Source: an uncultured Acidobacteriota bacterium (GTDB lineage Bacteria; Acidobacteriota; UBA6911; RPQK01; JAPXNP01). Taken from it: a stretch of DNA of 64,000 bases. The stretch covers positions 320,001-384,000 of the forward strand of contig CAVZRV010000011.1 in assembly GCA_963777605.1 (NCBI GenBank), in the 5' to 3' direction. Position numbers and translations under genes: made by a program. Of the stretch, positions 9,980 through 19,690 are shown one piece after another (positions within the stretch are counted from its first letter, which is position 1; each line of letters starts with the position of its first letter). The notes under the pieces are model-generated. The model worked only from the letters and a program-made list of their open reading frames with translations, did no database searches and was not told the origin of the DNA.

Positions 9980-10774
9980 TCACCACGTCTTCGAAAACAC
10001 GTCCGGCCTGAGTCTTTGATAACGATCGAAGCTCAGGAGCATCCCAGCCTGAAGGTTGAGATAGGCTCCGATAACTGCGGCCGACAGGATTGCGACGATG
10101 ATCGCAATCTGGTAGCGAACCGCCAGCAGCGGGGTTCCGCCTCCCAGGATCTGACCGGTCATCATCCCCGGCAGCGAGACGATCCCCATCGTTGCGACGG
10201 TCGACACCTGGGGAGCCATGGCAGAGTTCAGAGCCCGCCTCAGGTGCGGCAGGCAGGCTTCCCGGAGGCTTGCGCCAAGGGTCAGGTAGGTGATGTACTC
10301 CCCCTCGTTCTCGCGCAGCGAGGAGAAGAACCGCTCCAGGCTGATGATGTTAGCCCGCAGGCAGTTCCCCAGAAGCATTCCAGAAAGGGGAATCAAATAG
10401 CGTGCATCATAAGCCGGCTCGGGCCTCACCACCAGGCCGATCAGGACGGCGACAACCGCCAGCGTGGACAGTGTCGTTGCCGCCAGGGTCGCCGGGAAAA
10501 GGCGTCGAATTGAAAGGCGGGCGCCGTTCAAGATGCTGAGGTTTGCCACGACGAGCATCACCAGTATCCAGGCGCCGTTTAACCACGGATTGTTGAGTTT
10601 GAAGAGGTAACCGAGGTAGAACCCGACCAGCGCCAGTTGGGTGGTCATCCGCAGCACACCGACACCCAACTTTCTGAGCAATCCGACCCGGTAGTAAGCC
10701 AGGATAGCCACGGGAAGGATGAGCAGAAGGTACACCAGCGCCAGATCCGTCCACTGAATGTCGATCGCGTGCAT
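9980..10774 (-). CDS. fetB: ABC transporter permease, FetB/YbbM (UPF0014) family
   Basis: LRMTTQLALVG, RYLIPLSGMLLGN, LGAS, GIVSLPGMMTGQILGG, AVRYQI. Confidence 0.9.
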   Translation of the reverse strand: MHAIDIQWTDLALVYLLLILPVAILAYYRVGLLRKLGVGVLRMTTQLALVGFYLGYLFKLNNPWLNGAWILVMLVVANLSILNGARLSIRRLFPATLAATTLSTLAVVAVLIGLVVRPEPAYDARYLIPLSGMLLGNCLRANIISLERFFSSLRENEGEYITYLTLGASLREACLPHLRRALNSAMAPQVSTVATMGIVSLPGMMTGQILGGGTPLLAVRYQIAIIVAILSAAVIGAYLNLQAGMLLSFDRYQRLRPDVFSKTW

Positions 10775-10858
10775 GATGCTCTTTTCACTCCACTCCGGGC
10801 ACGTCGTCCGACGCCCCGGAAGATTCATCCATCTCCCGGCCGTGGCTGGGAAACAGGA

Positions 10859-11569
10859 TCACTCAATTCCACCTGGCTGACTCGATCCGTCTCCTTCGGA
10901 GTCGCCGTAGACCCGGCCGTCTCGCGCTACCAGAACTCGGTCAAAACGCCCTTCGAACAGGTGGCTGTGAGAGACGGCCAACACCGACACTTCCTCCCCT
11001 TCCAGGGCCTGAACGATTTTTCGCTGGCTTGCCGGGTCAAGGGCGGAAGTAATCTCGTCCAGGAGAAACAGCTTCACCCCCAGCAGAAGAGCCCTTGCCA
11101 GGGCGATCCGCTGTTTCTCTCCCCCGGAGAGGCTGTTCACGGGCTGGCGAAGGAGGTCTTCGGAGAGTCCCAGCCGCTCCAGAACCATCCGGATTACCGC
11201 CTCGCCCGGTGGATTTCCCTTGCGGCTGCGGAAGGTAAATGGAAGCAGAAGGGCTTCCCTGCCCGTGTCCCCTCCGAGGACAGGCTCCTGGGCGACGTAG
11301 GCCACCCTGCGCCGAAGACTGGTGACGTTGCCCTCGTCCACTACGGCTCCTTCGAACAGGATACGCCCCGAGGCCAGAGGAACCAGGCCCAGAATCGCCT
11401 TCAGGAGAGAGGATTTGCCCGAACCCGAGGGGCCTTTAAGAACGATCTTCTCGCCGTCGCCAACCCTGAAGGAAACCTCTCGGAGAACGGTTCTTCCCGC
11501 CAGTTCGATCGTCACATTATCGAGTTCCAGCACCGCCTCCGCCCTCAGAAAATTGGTGACACGCACCAA
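10859..11569 (-). CDS. fetA: ABC transporter ATP-binding protein (FetA/YbbL-like); start uncertain
   Basis: Walker A GPSGSGKS, signature LSGGEKQR, LLDEITSALD, H-loop VSH; adjacent to the fetB-like gene. Confidence 0.85.
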   Translation of the reverse strand: MVRVTNFLRAEAVLELDNVTIELAGRTVLREVSFRVGDGEKIVLKGPSGSGKSSLLKAILGLVPLASGRILFEGAVVDEGNVTSLRRRVAYVAQEPVLGGDTGREALLLPFTFRSRKGNPPGEAVIRMVLERLGLSEDLLRQPVNSLSGGEKQRIALARALLLGVKLFLLDEITSALDPASQRKIVQALEGEEVSVLAVSHSHLFEGRFDRVLVARDGRVYGDSEGDGSSQPGGIE

Positions 11570-11881
11570 ATCAGACTCTAAGTCCCTTTACTTTAAGCTT
11601 TTTTTCATTGGTCTGGCACCTTTTGTCAATTTGAATGCGTCCTTTCCGTAACTGCATGCGGCCTGCTGCCGGACCTTTTGGCTGTCGGGGTCGAATCCGA
11701 TCGGCAGACGAAGCGTTAAAGACCCCGGCTCGGTGACGGTAGCTCAACCACAGTAAAGCGTACCAGACCTGAAGAAAAACCCTTTATTTGTAGTCACTTA
11801 TAAATCAAGAACGTGCGTGTCACCGATTTCCGGCTTTCCTTTTCGGTACGGCTCTCCTATCCTTCACGAAAGGACGACCGC

Positions 11882-13120
11882 ATGGCACAAACCAATCGCT
11901 ACAGTCGACGGAACTGGTTGAAGACGCTGACGGCAGGAGCCGCGCTCCCGGCATTGGGCTTCAATTTCTCGCGGGCGCTCGCCGGCCAGTTGGAGCCGGA
12001 AGAAGCCAAAGAACGTATGAAGATCACCCGGTTGGAGACCTTCCTCGTGAAGCCGCGATGGATCTTCCTCAAAGTGCACACCGACGCGGGCATTACGGGC
12101 CTCGGAGAGCCGCTGCTGGAAGGTCGGGCCCGGACCGTGGCCACGGCGATCAGCGAAATCGAACCTTATCTCATAGGCAAAGATCCTCGCCAGGTCGTAC
12201 ATCACTGGCAGGCGATCTACCGGCACGCCTTTTATCGGGGAGGACCTCTCCTCACGAGCGCGCTGAGCGGTGTTGACCAGGCTCTATGGGACATCAAGGG
12301 TAAGGCGCTCGGAGTCCCGGTCTACGAACTCCTGGGCGGGCCGACCCGCAACCGCATTCGCGTTTACGCCCACGCCGGCACGCCCGACGAGATCCGGCGG
12401 GCACGGGCCCAGGGCTTCAAGTCCTTCAAGACCGGTGTGGCCAAGAAGAAACCGGCCCGGATCGTCGAGACCCCCGGTTTCGTGGAATTCGCGGCCGCCC
12501 GCTTCTCCGAACTGCGGGATGTGGTCGGGCCCGATGCCGACCTCGGCATCGACTTCCACGGGGCCATCTCTCCGCAAACCGCGATGCTCCTGATCAAGGC
12601 GCTGGAGCCGTACCAGCCCATGTTCATCGAAGAGCCGATCAACTGCCAGGACGTGGAGGGAATGGCCGAGATCGCTAAGAAAACGTTCCTGCCGATCGCA
12701 ACCGGGGAACGCATTTTCACAAAGTGGGGCTTCCGGGACATCCTCGAGAAACGCGCCGCCACGATACTTCAGCCCGATCTCTGTCACGCCGGCGGAATCA
12801 CCGAAGTGCGCCTTATCGCCGGCATGGCCGAGGCCTACTACGCGGCAATCGCGCCCCACAACCCGATGGGTCCGATTTCACTGGCTGCCGGAATCCAGCT
12901 CGACGCCTCGATTCCGAACTTTCTTTGCCAGGAACAGGTTTCCCTTGGCGAGGGGTACATCAAGGAACCTTTTCAGGTGACCGACGGCTACATTGATCTC
13001 CCAAAAAAGCCGGGGCTGGGCATCGAACTGGACGAAGATGCGCTGGCGGACAAGATCGATCACGACTGGAAGAATCCCGAGACTTACGACGCCGACGACG
13101 GCTCGGTGGTGGACTGGTAG
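11882..13120 (+). CDS. dgoD: galactonate dehydratase-like enolase-superfamily enzyme with twin-arginine signal
   Basis: MKITRLETFLVKPRWIFLKVHTDAGITGLGEP, FYRGGP, DFHG, FIEEP, ATGER, QPDLCHAGGITE, APHNP, C-terminal DGSVVDW; N-terminal SRRNWLK plus hydrophobic stretch. Confidence 0.88.
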   Translation: MAQTNRYSRRNWLKTLTAGAALPALGFNFSRALAGQLEPEEAKERMKITRLETFLVKPRWIFLKVHTDAGITGLGEPLLEGRARTVATAISEIEPYLIGKDPRQVVHHWQAIYRHAFYRGGPLLTSALSGVDQALWDIKGKALGVPVYELLGGPTRNRIRVYAHAGTPDEIRRARAQGFKSFKTGVAKKKPARIVETPGFVEFAAARFSELRDVVGPDADLGIDFHGAISPQTAMLLIKALEPYQPMFIEEPINCQDVEGMAEIAKKTFLPIATGERIFTKWGFRDILEKRAATILQPDLCHAGGITEVRLIAGMAEAYYAAIAPHNPMGPISLAAGIQLDASIPNFLCQEQVSLGEGYIKEPFQVTDGYIDLPKKPGLGIELDEDALADKIDHDWKNPETYDADDGSVVDW

Positions 13121-13133
13121 GCGTTCCGGTTCG

Positions 13134-13154
13134 TTCCTGGTTCCTGCTTCCTGG
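13134..13154 (+). repeat. heptamer tandem repeat (TTCCTGS x3)
   Basis: ttcctgg ttcctgc ttcctgg immediately after the dgoD stop. Confidence 0.7.
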
Positions 13155-13242
13155 TTTCACTTGGAATGCAAGAATCGACAGGTTCCGCTTTGAAGCCCGG
13201 CAGGTCGCACGGATGCGAAAGCTTCCGTCGTGGTGGAAATAG

Positions 13243-13455
13243 CCCCACCCCGCTCTTGCTCAAGTTCACCTTCAACCGCAGATTCTTCTCGATCCACCGC
13301 GACAAGGTCTCGATCAGCCGGTCCGCTGCCGCCGGTCCGCCCACGTACACATTACAGTCGTCGGCGTACCGGGCAAACGCGTTCCCGCGCTGCTCCAGTT
13401 CCTGGTCCAGCGGATCCAGATAGATGTTGGCCAAAAGCGGAGCCCAAGGCGAATC
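13243..13455 (-). pseudogene. group II intron reverse transcriptase fragment (RT4-RT6)
   Basis: SPWAPLLANIYLDPLDQELEQRGNAFARYADDCNVYVGGPAAADRLIETLSRWIEKNLRLKVNLSKSGVG, with YADD. No flanking RT domains and no domain V/VI seen. Confidence 0.9.
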
Positions 13456-13762
13456 CGACCTGGATTCAACCCGGTTCCACCTTCGCGGGACGGCATCGTG
13501 AAAACAGACTGAAATCCTTGGCCTTCGCCGCGCGACGAACTATCCGGGGGAGGATTCTCCAGGAGTTGCACGAGAGACGAGCAGCCCAACGACTGCACCT
13601 CCAAACATGAGAATCGAGACGATCTGGGCAAAGCTAAACCGGCCGACGTATCCGGTATCTGGTTCCCGTTCCCATCGTCATCGAGGCCAGGAACGATTCA
13701 ACGGTTCTCCCACAGGTCGCCCTCTCCATCGTGGACCGCGGAATTCCGGGAAACTGAATCGT

Positions 13763-13798
13763 GTCCGACCGGCCGGACTTGTCTGACCGGTCCGACTT
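13763..13798. repeat. nonamer tandem repeat (GTCCGACCG/GTCCGACTT-like x4)
   Basis: gtccgaccg gccggactt gtctgaccg gtccgactt immediately downstream of the GH95 stop. Confidence 0.7.
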
Positions 13799-13801
13799 CA
13801 T

Positions 13802-16246
13802 TCACCGACTTCCCGGAACATCAAGGGGCCGGCCCGCCTCGATTTCGACCACTCTTCTCTCTCCGGCCAGATCCAGCGTGCAGCCAACATCGCGCTCCGA
13901 GCGCAGGCGCAGTTCGACGACTCGGGAATCCTTCCAGTTAAAATCGACTTCCAGCCCCCCGCGTGCTCGCAGGCCCTTAACTGATCCGGCCGGCCACTGT
14001 TCCGGCAAAGCCGGCAGCAGCCGGATCAGCGGGCGTCCTTCGGAATCAGTCTCGTGGCTCTGGATCAGCATTTCGGCGATGGCGGCGGTTCCTCCGAAAT
14101 TGCCGTCGATCTGGAACGGCGGATGACTGTCGAACAGGTTGTCGAGGGTGCTCTTCTTCAACAACTGGAAGAGGTTGTCGTAGGCCTTCCGGCCGTCGCC
14201 CAACCGGGCGAAGAGCCCCGTGATCCAGGCACGGCTCCAGCCCGTGTGCCCCCCTCCCTGGGCGAGTCGGGAATCCAGGGTAGCCGTCACGGCGCGCTTC
14301 ATGATGGGGTCCTCTAAAGGCAGGATCTGGTTTCCGGGATAGACACCGAGAACATGACTGATGTGACGGTGGCCCGGTTCCGGCTCTTCGAACTCGTAGC
14401 GCCACTCCATGAGGCGGCCCTTCGAATCGATCCCGGGTTGGTACATGTCGGCAAATGCCGCCTTGACGTGGCGAACCAGGGAGAGGTCTTCACGACCCAG
14501 AATGCGAGCCGACTCGAGGAAGTCGGTCAGAACTTGCCGGATCAGGTACTGGTCGCAGGTGTTGCCCATCGACACCGCGGCCTGAGCGTAGCCATCGGCC
14601 GTCTTGTAGCGGAACTGGTTCTCCGGGGATGCCGACGGACCCGAGATCCACTTTCCGGTCTCGGGGTCACGCTGCATCCAGCTCAGACAGAACTCTGCAG
14701 CGGGGACCTGGAGCGCCCAGAGCCGGGTTTCGAGAAAATCTCGGTCCTGCGTGAACCGATAGTGCTCCATCCCGTGGGTAACCAGCCACTCCCAGGAGAG
14801 AAAACTCCCGCCCCAGAAGACTTCGGTGCTCATCAGCCGGGCCTGTGCCCAGGCATCGGTGGCATGCCCGGTGCAGACGCCATCGCATCCGAGGGCTTCG
14901 GCCATCTTGCGTCCGGCTGGAACGAGCAGTTCGATGAAGTCCATCAGGGGCAAGTGCAGGTCGGACAGGTTGGTCGTCTCGACCGGCCAGTAGTTCATCT
15001 GCAAGTTGATGTTGAGGTGGAAGTCGCTCTTCCAGGGTGGCTCGAGCATCGGGTTCCAGATCCCCTGGAGATTGGCGGGGAGTGTTCCCTGGCGGGACGA
15101 CGCGACGAGCAGATAGCGCCCAAACTGGAAGTAGGTTTCCAACAGATCCGGATCGGCCTTGCCCTCGACGAATCCTGCACGACGCTCTCCGGTCGTCAGC
15201 GCCCGGGTTTCCGCGGAGGAATCCCCCAGGTCGATTCGGCAACGATCCATGAACCTGCGGTGATCACCGATCGCTCGATCGATGATGGCCTGACTGGTGT
15301 TGTTACCAAGCCGGCCCAGGACCGTCGAATTGGCCCGCTTCCAGTCTCCCGTCAGAGGGTTCAGTGGATGGCGCCGGTTGTAGTCCGTTGCCGCTGCCAC
15401 CTGCACGGTAAAGGAACGGGGACACTCCACCTCGATCCGATCGCCTCTCGGCAGGACCCACCCCTCCCCCTCGACAACGACCCGCGCCCTTCCTTCGAAT
15501 TGCGTTCCCCCGGTCTCGAGTACCCCGTCCAGGACAGATCTCGCTTCACCCTCGATGACCAGGTCGGTCCCTTCCGCCCGGACCGTCACGAGGTCAGGAC
15601 CGGTGGACCCGGCGGGATCGGGCACGTCTTTCAACTCATCGGACAGCTTCGGCCGCGTGATTTCGACGAAGGCATGCAACCCTTGAGGTCTGGTCGTGGA
15701 CACCCGCAGCAGGATGATGTTGTCGGGGGCGCTTGCCACCAGTTCGTGGGTGACGGTCCCATCCGGAAAAGCGAACACCGTCCGGGCCACACCCGTGCTC
15801 AGATTCAGCTCACGCCGGATCCCGGTGGGACGCCCCGCTCCTTCCAGATGATCGATCCAGAGATTCGCCAGCGGCTCGTAGGGGCTTGCCCGGTGGCCGT
15901 TGAGGAGCCGTGTCTTGAAAACCTGATCGGCTTCGGAATAGCGCTTCTGCCGAATCAGTTCGGAGATCGCCGCGACAGCCATTTTGCTGTCAGCCGGCAT
16001 CCCCTGGATATCGACCCGGGCCCAGATCGTCTCCTCGTTGAGGAGAATTCGGTCTTTCGGAAAATCGCCGAAAGCCATGGCCCCCAGACGGCCGTTTCCG
16101 ACCGGGTAAGCCAGTTCCCAATTGTCCGCGGGAACGGTTGCAGTGATGACGTAATCATCGGGGCCGGCAAGAATCTCCGGCCAAAAGACTGCAGTAGCCG
16201 TGATCAAGAGCAGGCAAAGGCCTAATCTGCGGGCGATCGAGCTCAT
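13802..16246 (-). CDS. GH95 alpha-L-fucosidase-like, secreted
   Basis: PVGNGRLGAM, LNEETIW, FQFGRYLL, PANLQGIWN, NINLQMNYW, HRHISH, HPPFQIDGNFG; signal peptide from MSSIARRLGLCLLL. Confidence 0.93.
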   Translation of the reverse strand: MSSIARRLGLCLLLITATAVFWPEILAGPDDYVITATVPADNWELAYPVGNGRLGAMAFGDFPKDRILLNEETIWARVDIQGMPADSKMAVAAISELIRQKRYSEADQVFKTRLLNGHRASPYEPLANLWIDHLEGAGRPTGIRRELNLSTGVARTVFAFPDGTVTHELVASAPDNIILLRVSTTRPQGLHAFVEITRPKLSDELKDVPDPAGSTGPDLVTVRAEGTDLVIEGEARSVLDGVLETGGTQFEGRARVVVEGEGWVLPRGDRIEVECPRSFTVQVAAATDYNRRHPLNPLTGDWKRANSTVLGRLGNNTSQAIIDRAIGDHRRFMDRCRIDLGDSSAETRALTTGERRAGFVEGKADPDLLETYFQFGRYLLVASSRQGTLPANLQGIWNPMLEPPWKSDFHLNINLQMNYWPVETTNLSDLHLPLMDFIELLVPAGRKMAEALGCDGVCTGHATDAWAQARLMSTEVFWGGSFLSWEWLVTHGMEHYRFTQDRDFLETRLWALQVPAAEFCLSWMQRDPETGKWISGPSASPENQFRYKTADGYAQAAVSMGNTCDQYLIRQVLTDFLESARILGREDLSLVRHVKAAFADMYQPGIDSKGRLMEWRYEFEEPEPGHRHISHVLGVYPGNQILPLEDPIMKRAVTATLDSRLAQGGGHTGWSRAWITGLFARLGDGRKAYDNLFQLLKKSTLDNLFDSHPPFQIDGNFGGTAAIAEMLIQSHETDSEGRPLIRLLPALPEQWPAGSVKGLRARGGLEVDFNWKDSRVVELRLRSERDVGCTLDLAGERRVVEIEAGRPLDVPGSR

Positions 16247-16341
16247 TCTTTGATCCTTTCCATCAAATGCCGGCCGACACAGGCTGACGTCCGACCGTTC
16301 AACTGCCGGCGGCTTACCCAGAATAGTCAAAGTCGGGGGTG

Positions 16342-16451
16342 GGCTCCAGTGATTCTGGAGCCGCCTCTGGTCCGAGGACAGATGAGGACCGAGAAAAGGA
16401 GTGGAGGGCTGTGGGGCGTCACCATGGTGAAAATTCAACAGTGAAGCCCCA
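16342..16451. terminator. two GC-rich hairpins downstream of the helicase (possible terminator or stabiliser)
   Basis: GGCTCCAG/CTGGAGCC (16342-16362) and TGGGGCGTCAC/GTGAAGCCCCA (16412-16451); no clear U-tract. Confidence 0.35.
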
Positions 16452-16521
16452 GATGATGCTGCGGTCCGACTGAGAGGCCCGGACAATTTCTTGCCCGCCC
16501 TACTCAGTGCGGCGGCGCTTC

Positions 16522-17745
16522 CTAGAGAAAGCGGCGGCGATTCTTGGGAGCCCAGGAGCCGCTGTATCGAGAACGCCGTGGCGGCGCACTTCGATCGGCT
16601 TTGAAGGAGGCTTCCAAAGAGGAGTCCTTGGTTACCGGAGAATCAATGCGCGTCTCGATAGTGCGGGCCAGATGGACGTCTTCGCTGGTGATGAAGTTGA
16701 TCGCCTTGCCGACCCGATCGGCCCGGCCGGTTCGCCCGATGCGGTGCGTGTATGCATCCGCAGAGTCCGGCATGTCGAAGTTCACCACGTGGGACACGTG
16801 CTGGACATCGATTCCCCGCGCCGCGATATCGGTGGCAACGAGGATCTTGAACTCCTCCTTGCGAAACCCATTCATCGCCCGGGTTCGCTGAGACTGGGAC
16901 ATGTTGCCCTGCAAGGCGACGGCACGATGCCCCGAGCGGTCCAACTGGACAGCAATCTTCTTGGCCCGATGTTTAGTCCGCGTGAAAACGATTGCGGAGA
17001 CAAATGAGTCATCCGAGAGCACTTGTTTCAGGAGCGACAGCTTGCCCTGCTGATCGGTGGAGTACATGAAGTGGCTCACCGACGCGACCGGCGTCGAATG
17101 ATTCAACTCCACCACATGAGGATTGCGCAGCAGACTGTCAGCAAAACCACGGATCTCGGCCGGCATCGTCGCCGAGAACAGCATATTCTGTCGCTGCTCC
17201 GGCAAAGCCCCGAGGATCCGGCGGATATCCGGCATGAAGCCCATGTCGAACATGTGATCCGCTTCGTCAAGAACCAGGACTTCAACCTGGTCGAGGCGGA
17301 GGATTCCCTGCCGCCAGAGGTCAAGGAGACGCCCCGGACACGCCACAACAACTTCGGGTTCACGCCGCAAGGCCTTGAACTGGCCTTCCGCTGACACGCC
17401 GCCGAAGACAGTTGCGGTTCGAATTCCCGTATACCGGGCGAGGAACCGAATCTCATTGTCGATCTGGCTGGCCAATTCCCGGGTCGGGGCTACAATCAGC
17501 GCCTTTGGAGCGCCACGCCGTCCCCCGTCGAACCGCTCGATTATCGGCAGCGCAAAGGCGGCCGTCTTGCCGGTGCCGGTCTGGGCCAGGCCCATGATGT
17601 CCCGACCCGCCAAGGCGGCAGGTATCGTCTGCGTCTGAACCGGGCGGGGTTCACTCCAGCCGGCGGCGGCAATCCCGCGCTGGATGGAGGGAGATAATTT
17701 GAATTCGCTGAACCCTTCGACGGGCTCAATTACTAAACTGGACAT
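16522..17745 (-). CDS. DEAD-box RNA helicase (RhlE-like)
   Basis: Q motif, AQTGTGKT, PTRELA, DEAD, SAT, ARGID, HRIGRTGR; basic C-terminal tail. Confidence 0.95.
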   Translation of the reverse strand: MSSLVIEPVEGFSEFKLSPSIQRGIAAAGWSEPRPVQTQTIPAALAGRDIMGLAQTGTGKTAAFALPIIERFDGGRRGAPKALIVAPTRELASQIDNEIRFLARYTGIRTATVFGGVSAEGQFKALRREPEVVVACPGRLLDLWRQGILRLDQVEVLVLDEADHMFDMGFMPDIRRILGALPEQRQNMLFSATMPAEIRGFADSLLRNPHVVELNHSTPVASVSHFMYSTDQQGKLSLLKQVLSDDSFVSAIVFTRTKHRAKKIAVQLDRSGHRAVALQGNMSQSQRTRAMNGFRKEEFKILVATDIAARGIDVQHVSHVVNFDMPDSADAYTHRIGRTGRADRVGKAINFITSEDVHLARTIETRIDSPVTKDSSLEASFKADRSAPPRRSRYSGSWAPKNRRRFL

Positions 17746-18101
17746 TACACTTTTTCCTGAACAGGCTGCAGCGGTCCCCACACAGGGTCGGCCGAGCCCG
17801 CGCTTTCTTACCACACAACAGCAGTAGACAAGTCAATTGGATTATTTACGACGCGATCCCGAGAAGATCCTGTTGTGCGCCGCCAGCTGAAGAAGGTCAG
17901 CTGTTTTGGTAGCAGCGCACAGCATAGCAGGTTTTTCGCTTTGGAGTGCAAAACCAGGGTGAAACTTCAAGAAAATGGGCGACAGAAGGGGTAATGAGAG
18001 CTCTCCAGAATCGTTTCGGAGCACGAACCCTCCCGTCCGCGGCATTCCTGTTCACAAATGGAAACCATCGCTGCACCCACTCCAAATCAGGCCTCAAATG
18101 C

Positions 18102-18130
18102 TTGACATCGGATTGCAATCATTTAATTCT
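18102..18130 (+). promoter_or_regulatory. putative sigma70 promoter of the GH51 gene with an internal palindrome
   Basis: TTGACA-N17-AATTCT; GATTGCAATC palindrome in the spacer; ATG at 18137, with no SD. Confidence 0.45.
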
Positions 18131-18136
18131 CTGGAC

Positions 18137-19681
18137 ATGAAGAAAGCCATCCTGTTTCTGGGCTTGCTGCTTCCTTTCCCAGTCATTGCCCAGCCTGTCA
18201 ACAAGCTGGTGATCGAAGCCGACAAGGGCGAAGTGACCATCAACAAGAACATCTACGGCCACTTCGCTGAACACTTGGGACGGTGTATCTACGACGGAAT
18301 CTGGGTCGGTCCCGATTCATCGATTCCGAATGTGAATGGCTACCGGAAAGACATCGTCGATGCCCTTCGGGCGCTGAATATTCCCGTGCTCAGGTGGCCG
18401 GGAGGCTGTTTTGCCGACACCTACCACTGGAAGGACGGCGTCGGTCCAGCCGAAAAACGCCCCAAAATGATGAATTACCATTGGGGGGGAGTGGTTGAAA
18501 CGAACAGCTTCGGAACCCACGAATTTCTCAACCTCTGCGAAATGCTTGGCTGTGACCCCTATGTTTCAGCAAATGTCGGCAGCGGTACGGTCCAGGAAAT
18601 GACCGACTGGATCGAATACATGACCTCCGACGAGGACGTCCCCATGGCGAAATGGCGGCGGGCCAACGGGCGGGAAAAGCCCTGGAACGTGAAGTTCCTC
18701 GGGATCGGCAACGAAAGTTGGGGCTGCGGCGGCGCGATGTCTCCCGAACACTACTCTGACCTGCTCCGAAACTTCGCCGAATTCGCCTGGATCTACGGCA
18801 GGGACAAGTTTACCCGCGTCGGCTGCGGAGCCAACTCGGGGGACTACCGATGGACTGACGTCATCATGGAACGGCGTCACTCCCGCATGGACGCCCTATC
18901 CCTCCACTATTACACGATTGCGGGCGAGAGCTGGCAGCACAAGTCTCCGGCCACGGGCTTCGGAGAGCCGCTCTATTTCTCGGGCCTTCAGAAGGCCCGG
19001 CACATGGATGAACTGGTTGAAAAGCACAGCGCCATCATGGACAAGTTCGATCCTGAGAAGCAGGTTGGCCTGATGGTGGATGAGTGGGGGATCTGGACCG
19101 ACGTAGAACCGGGCACCAACCCCGGCTTCCTGTATCAGCAGAACTCCCTGCGGGACGCCTTGATCGCGGCGCTCACCCTCGACATCTTCAACCATCACGC
19201 CGATCGCGTGAAGATGGCCAACATCGCTCAGACCGTCAACGTACTCCAGTCGGTCATCCTCACGCAGGGCGACCAGATCGTGCTGACGCCAACCTACCAC
19301 GTGTTCAACCTGTACAAGGTGCACCAGGACGCAACGCTGCTGCCGACTCTCCTGGCCACTGAACCCTACGAACTGGGCGGGCAGAAGATCCCTGCGCTGT
19401 CGAGTACGGCTTCCCGTGACCGCAGCGGCGCCATACACGTGACCATCAGCAACCTGGATCCTTCCAAGGCAAGACGGGTCGCTGTCGAACTCGTGGGTGG
19501 AGAGTTCGGCGGAGTCACCTCGGCAACCGTGCTGACGGCGCCTGAGTTCAACTCCTACAACTCTTTCTCCAGCCCGGACACAGTCAAACCGGTGGCTTTC
19601 ACCGGTTACGAACGCAACTCGTCGAGCCTCCTGACGGTTGAACTGCCGCCCAAGTCGATCGTGGCCCTCGAACTCAAGTGA
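18137..19681 (+). CDS. GH51 alpha-L-arabinofuranosidase, secreted
   Basis: IYGHFAEHLGRCIYDG, LRWPGGCFAD, GNESWGCGG (acid/base), VDEWG (nucleophile), MANIAQTVNVLQ. Confidence 0.95.
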   Translation: MKKAILFLGLLLPFPVIAQPVNKLVIEADKGEVTINKNIYGHFAEHLGRCIYDGIWVGPDSSIPNVNGYRKDIVDALRALNIPVLRWPGGCFADTYHWKDGVGPAEKRPKMMNYHWGGVVETNSFGTHEFLNLCEMLGCDPYVSANVGSGTVQEMTDWIEYMTSDEDVPMAKWRRANGREKPWNVKFLGIGNESWGCGGAMSPEHYSDLLRNFAEFAWIYGRDKFTRVGCGANSGDYRWTDVIMERRHSRMDALSLHYYTIAGESWQHKSPATGFGEPLYFSGLQKARHMDELVEKHSAIMDKFDPEKQVGLMVDEWGIWTDVEPGTNPGFLYQQNSLRDALIAALTLDIFNHHADRVKMANIAQTVNVLQSVILTQGDQIVLTPTYHVFNLYKVHQDATLLPTLLATEPYELGGQKIPALSSTASRDRSGAIHVTISNLDPSKARRVAVELVGGEFGGVTSATVLTAPEFNSYNSFSSPDTVKPVAFTGYERNSSSLLTVELPPKSIVALELK

Positions 19682-19690
19682 CTGTGGCTA

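Noticed and set aside
11614-11630. Sigma-54 promoter (TGGCAC)
   Set aside because: No TTGC at the -12 position.
13205-13230. GGATGCGAAAGCTTCCG resembling a c-di-GMP-I riboswitch segment or intron domain V
   Set aside because: No upstream GGCAAACC..GAAA stem, no downstream gene on that strand, and the wrong strand and sequence for domain V.
13084-13800. RT as part of a DGR, retron or defence system
   Set aside because: Only ~70 codons, typical group II intron sequence; I saw no TR/VR repeat pair, msr/msd or accessory gene.
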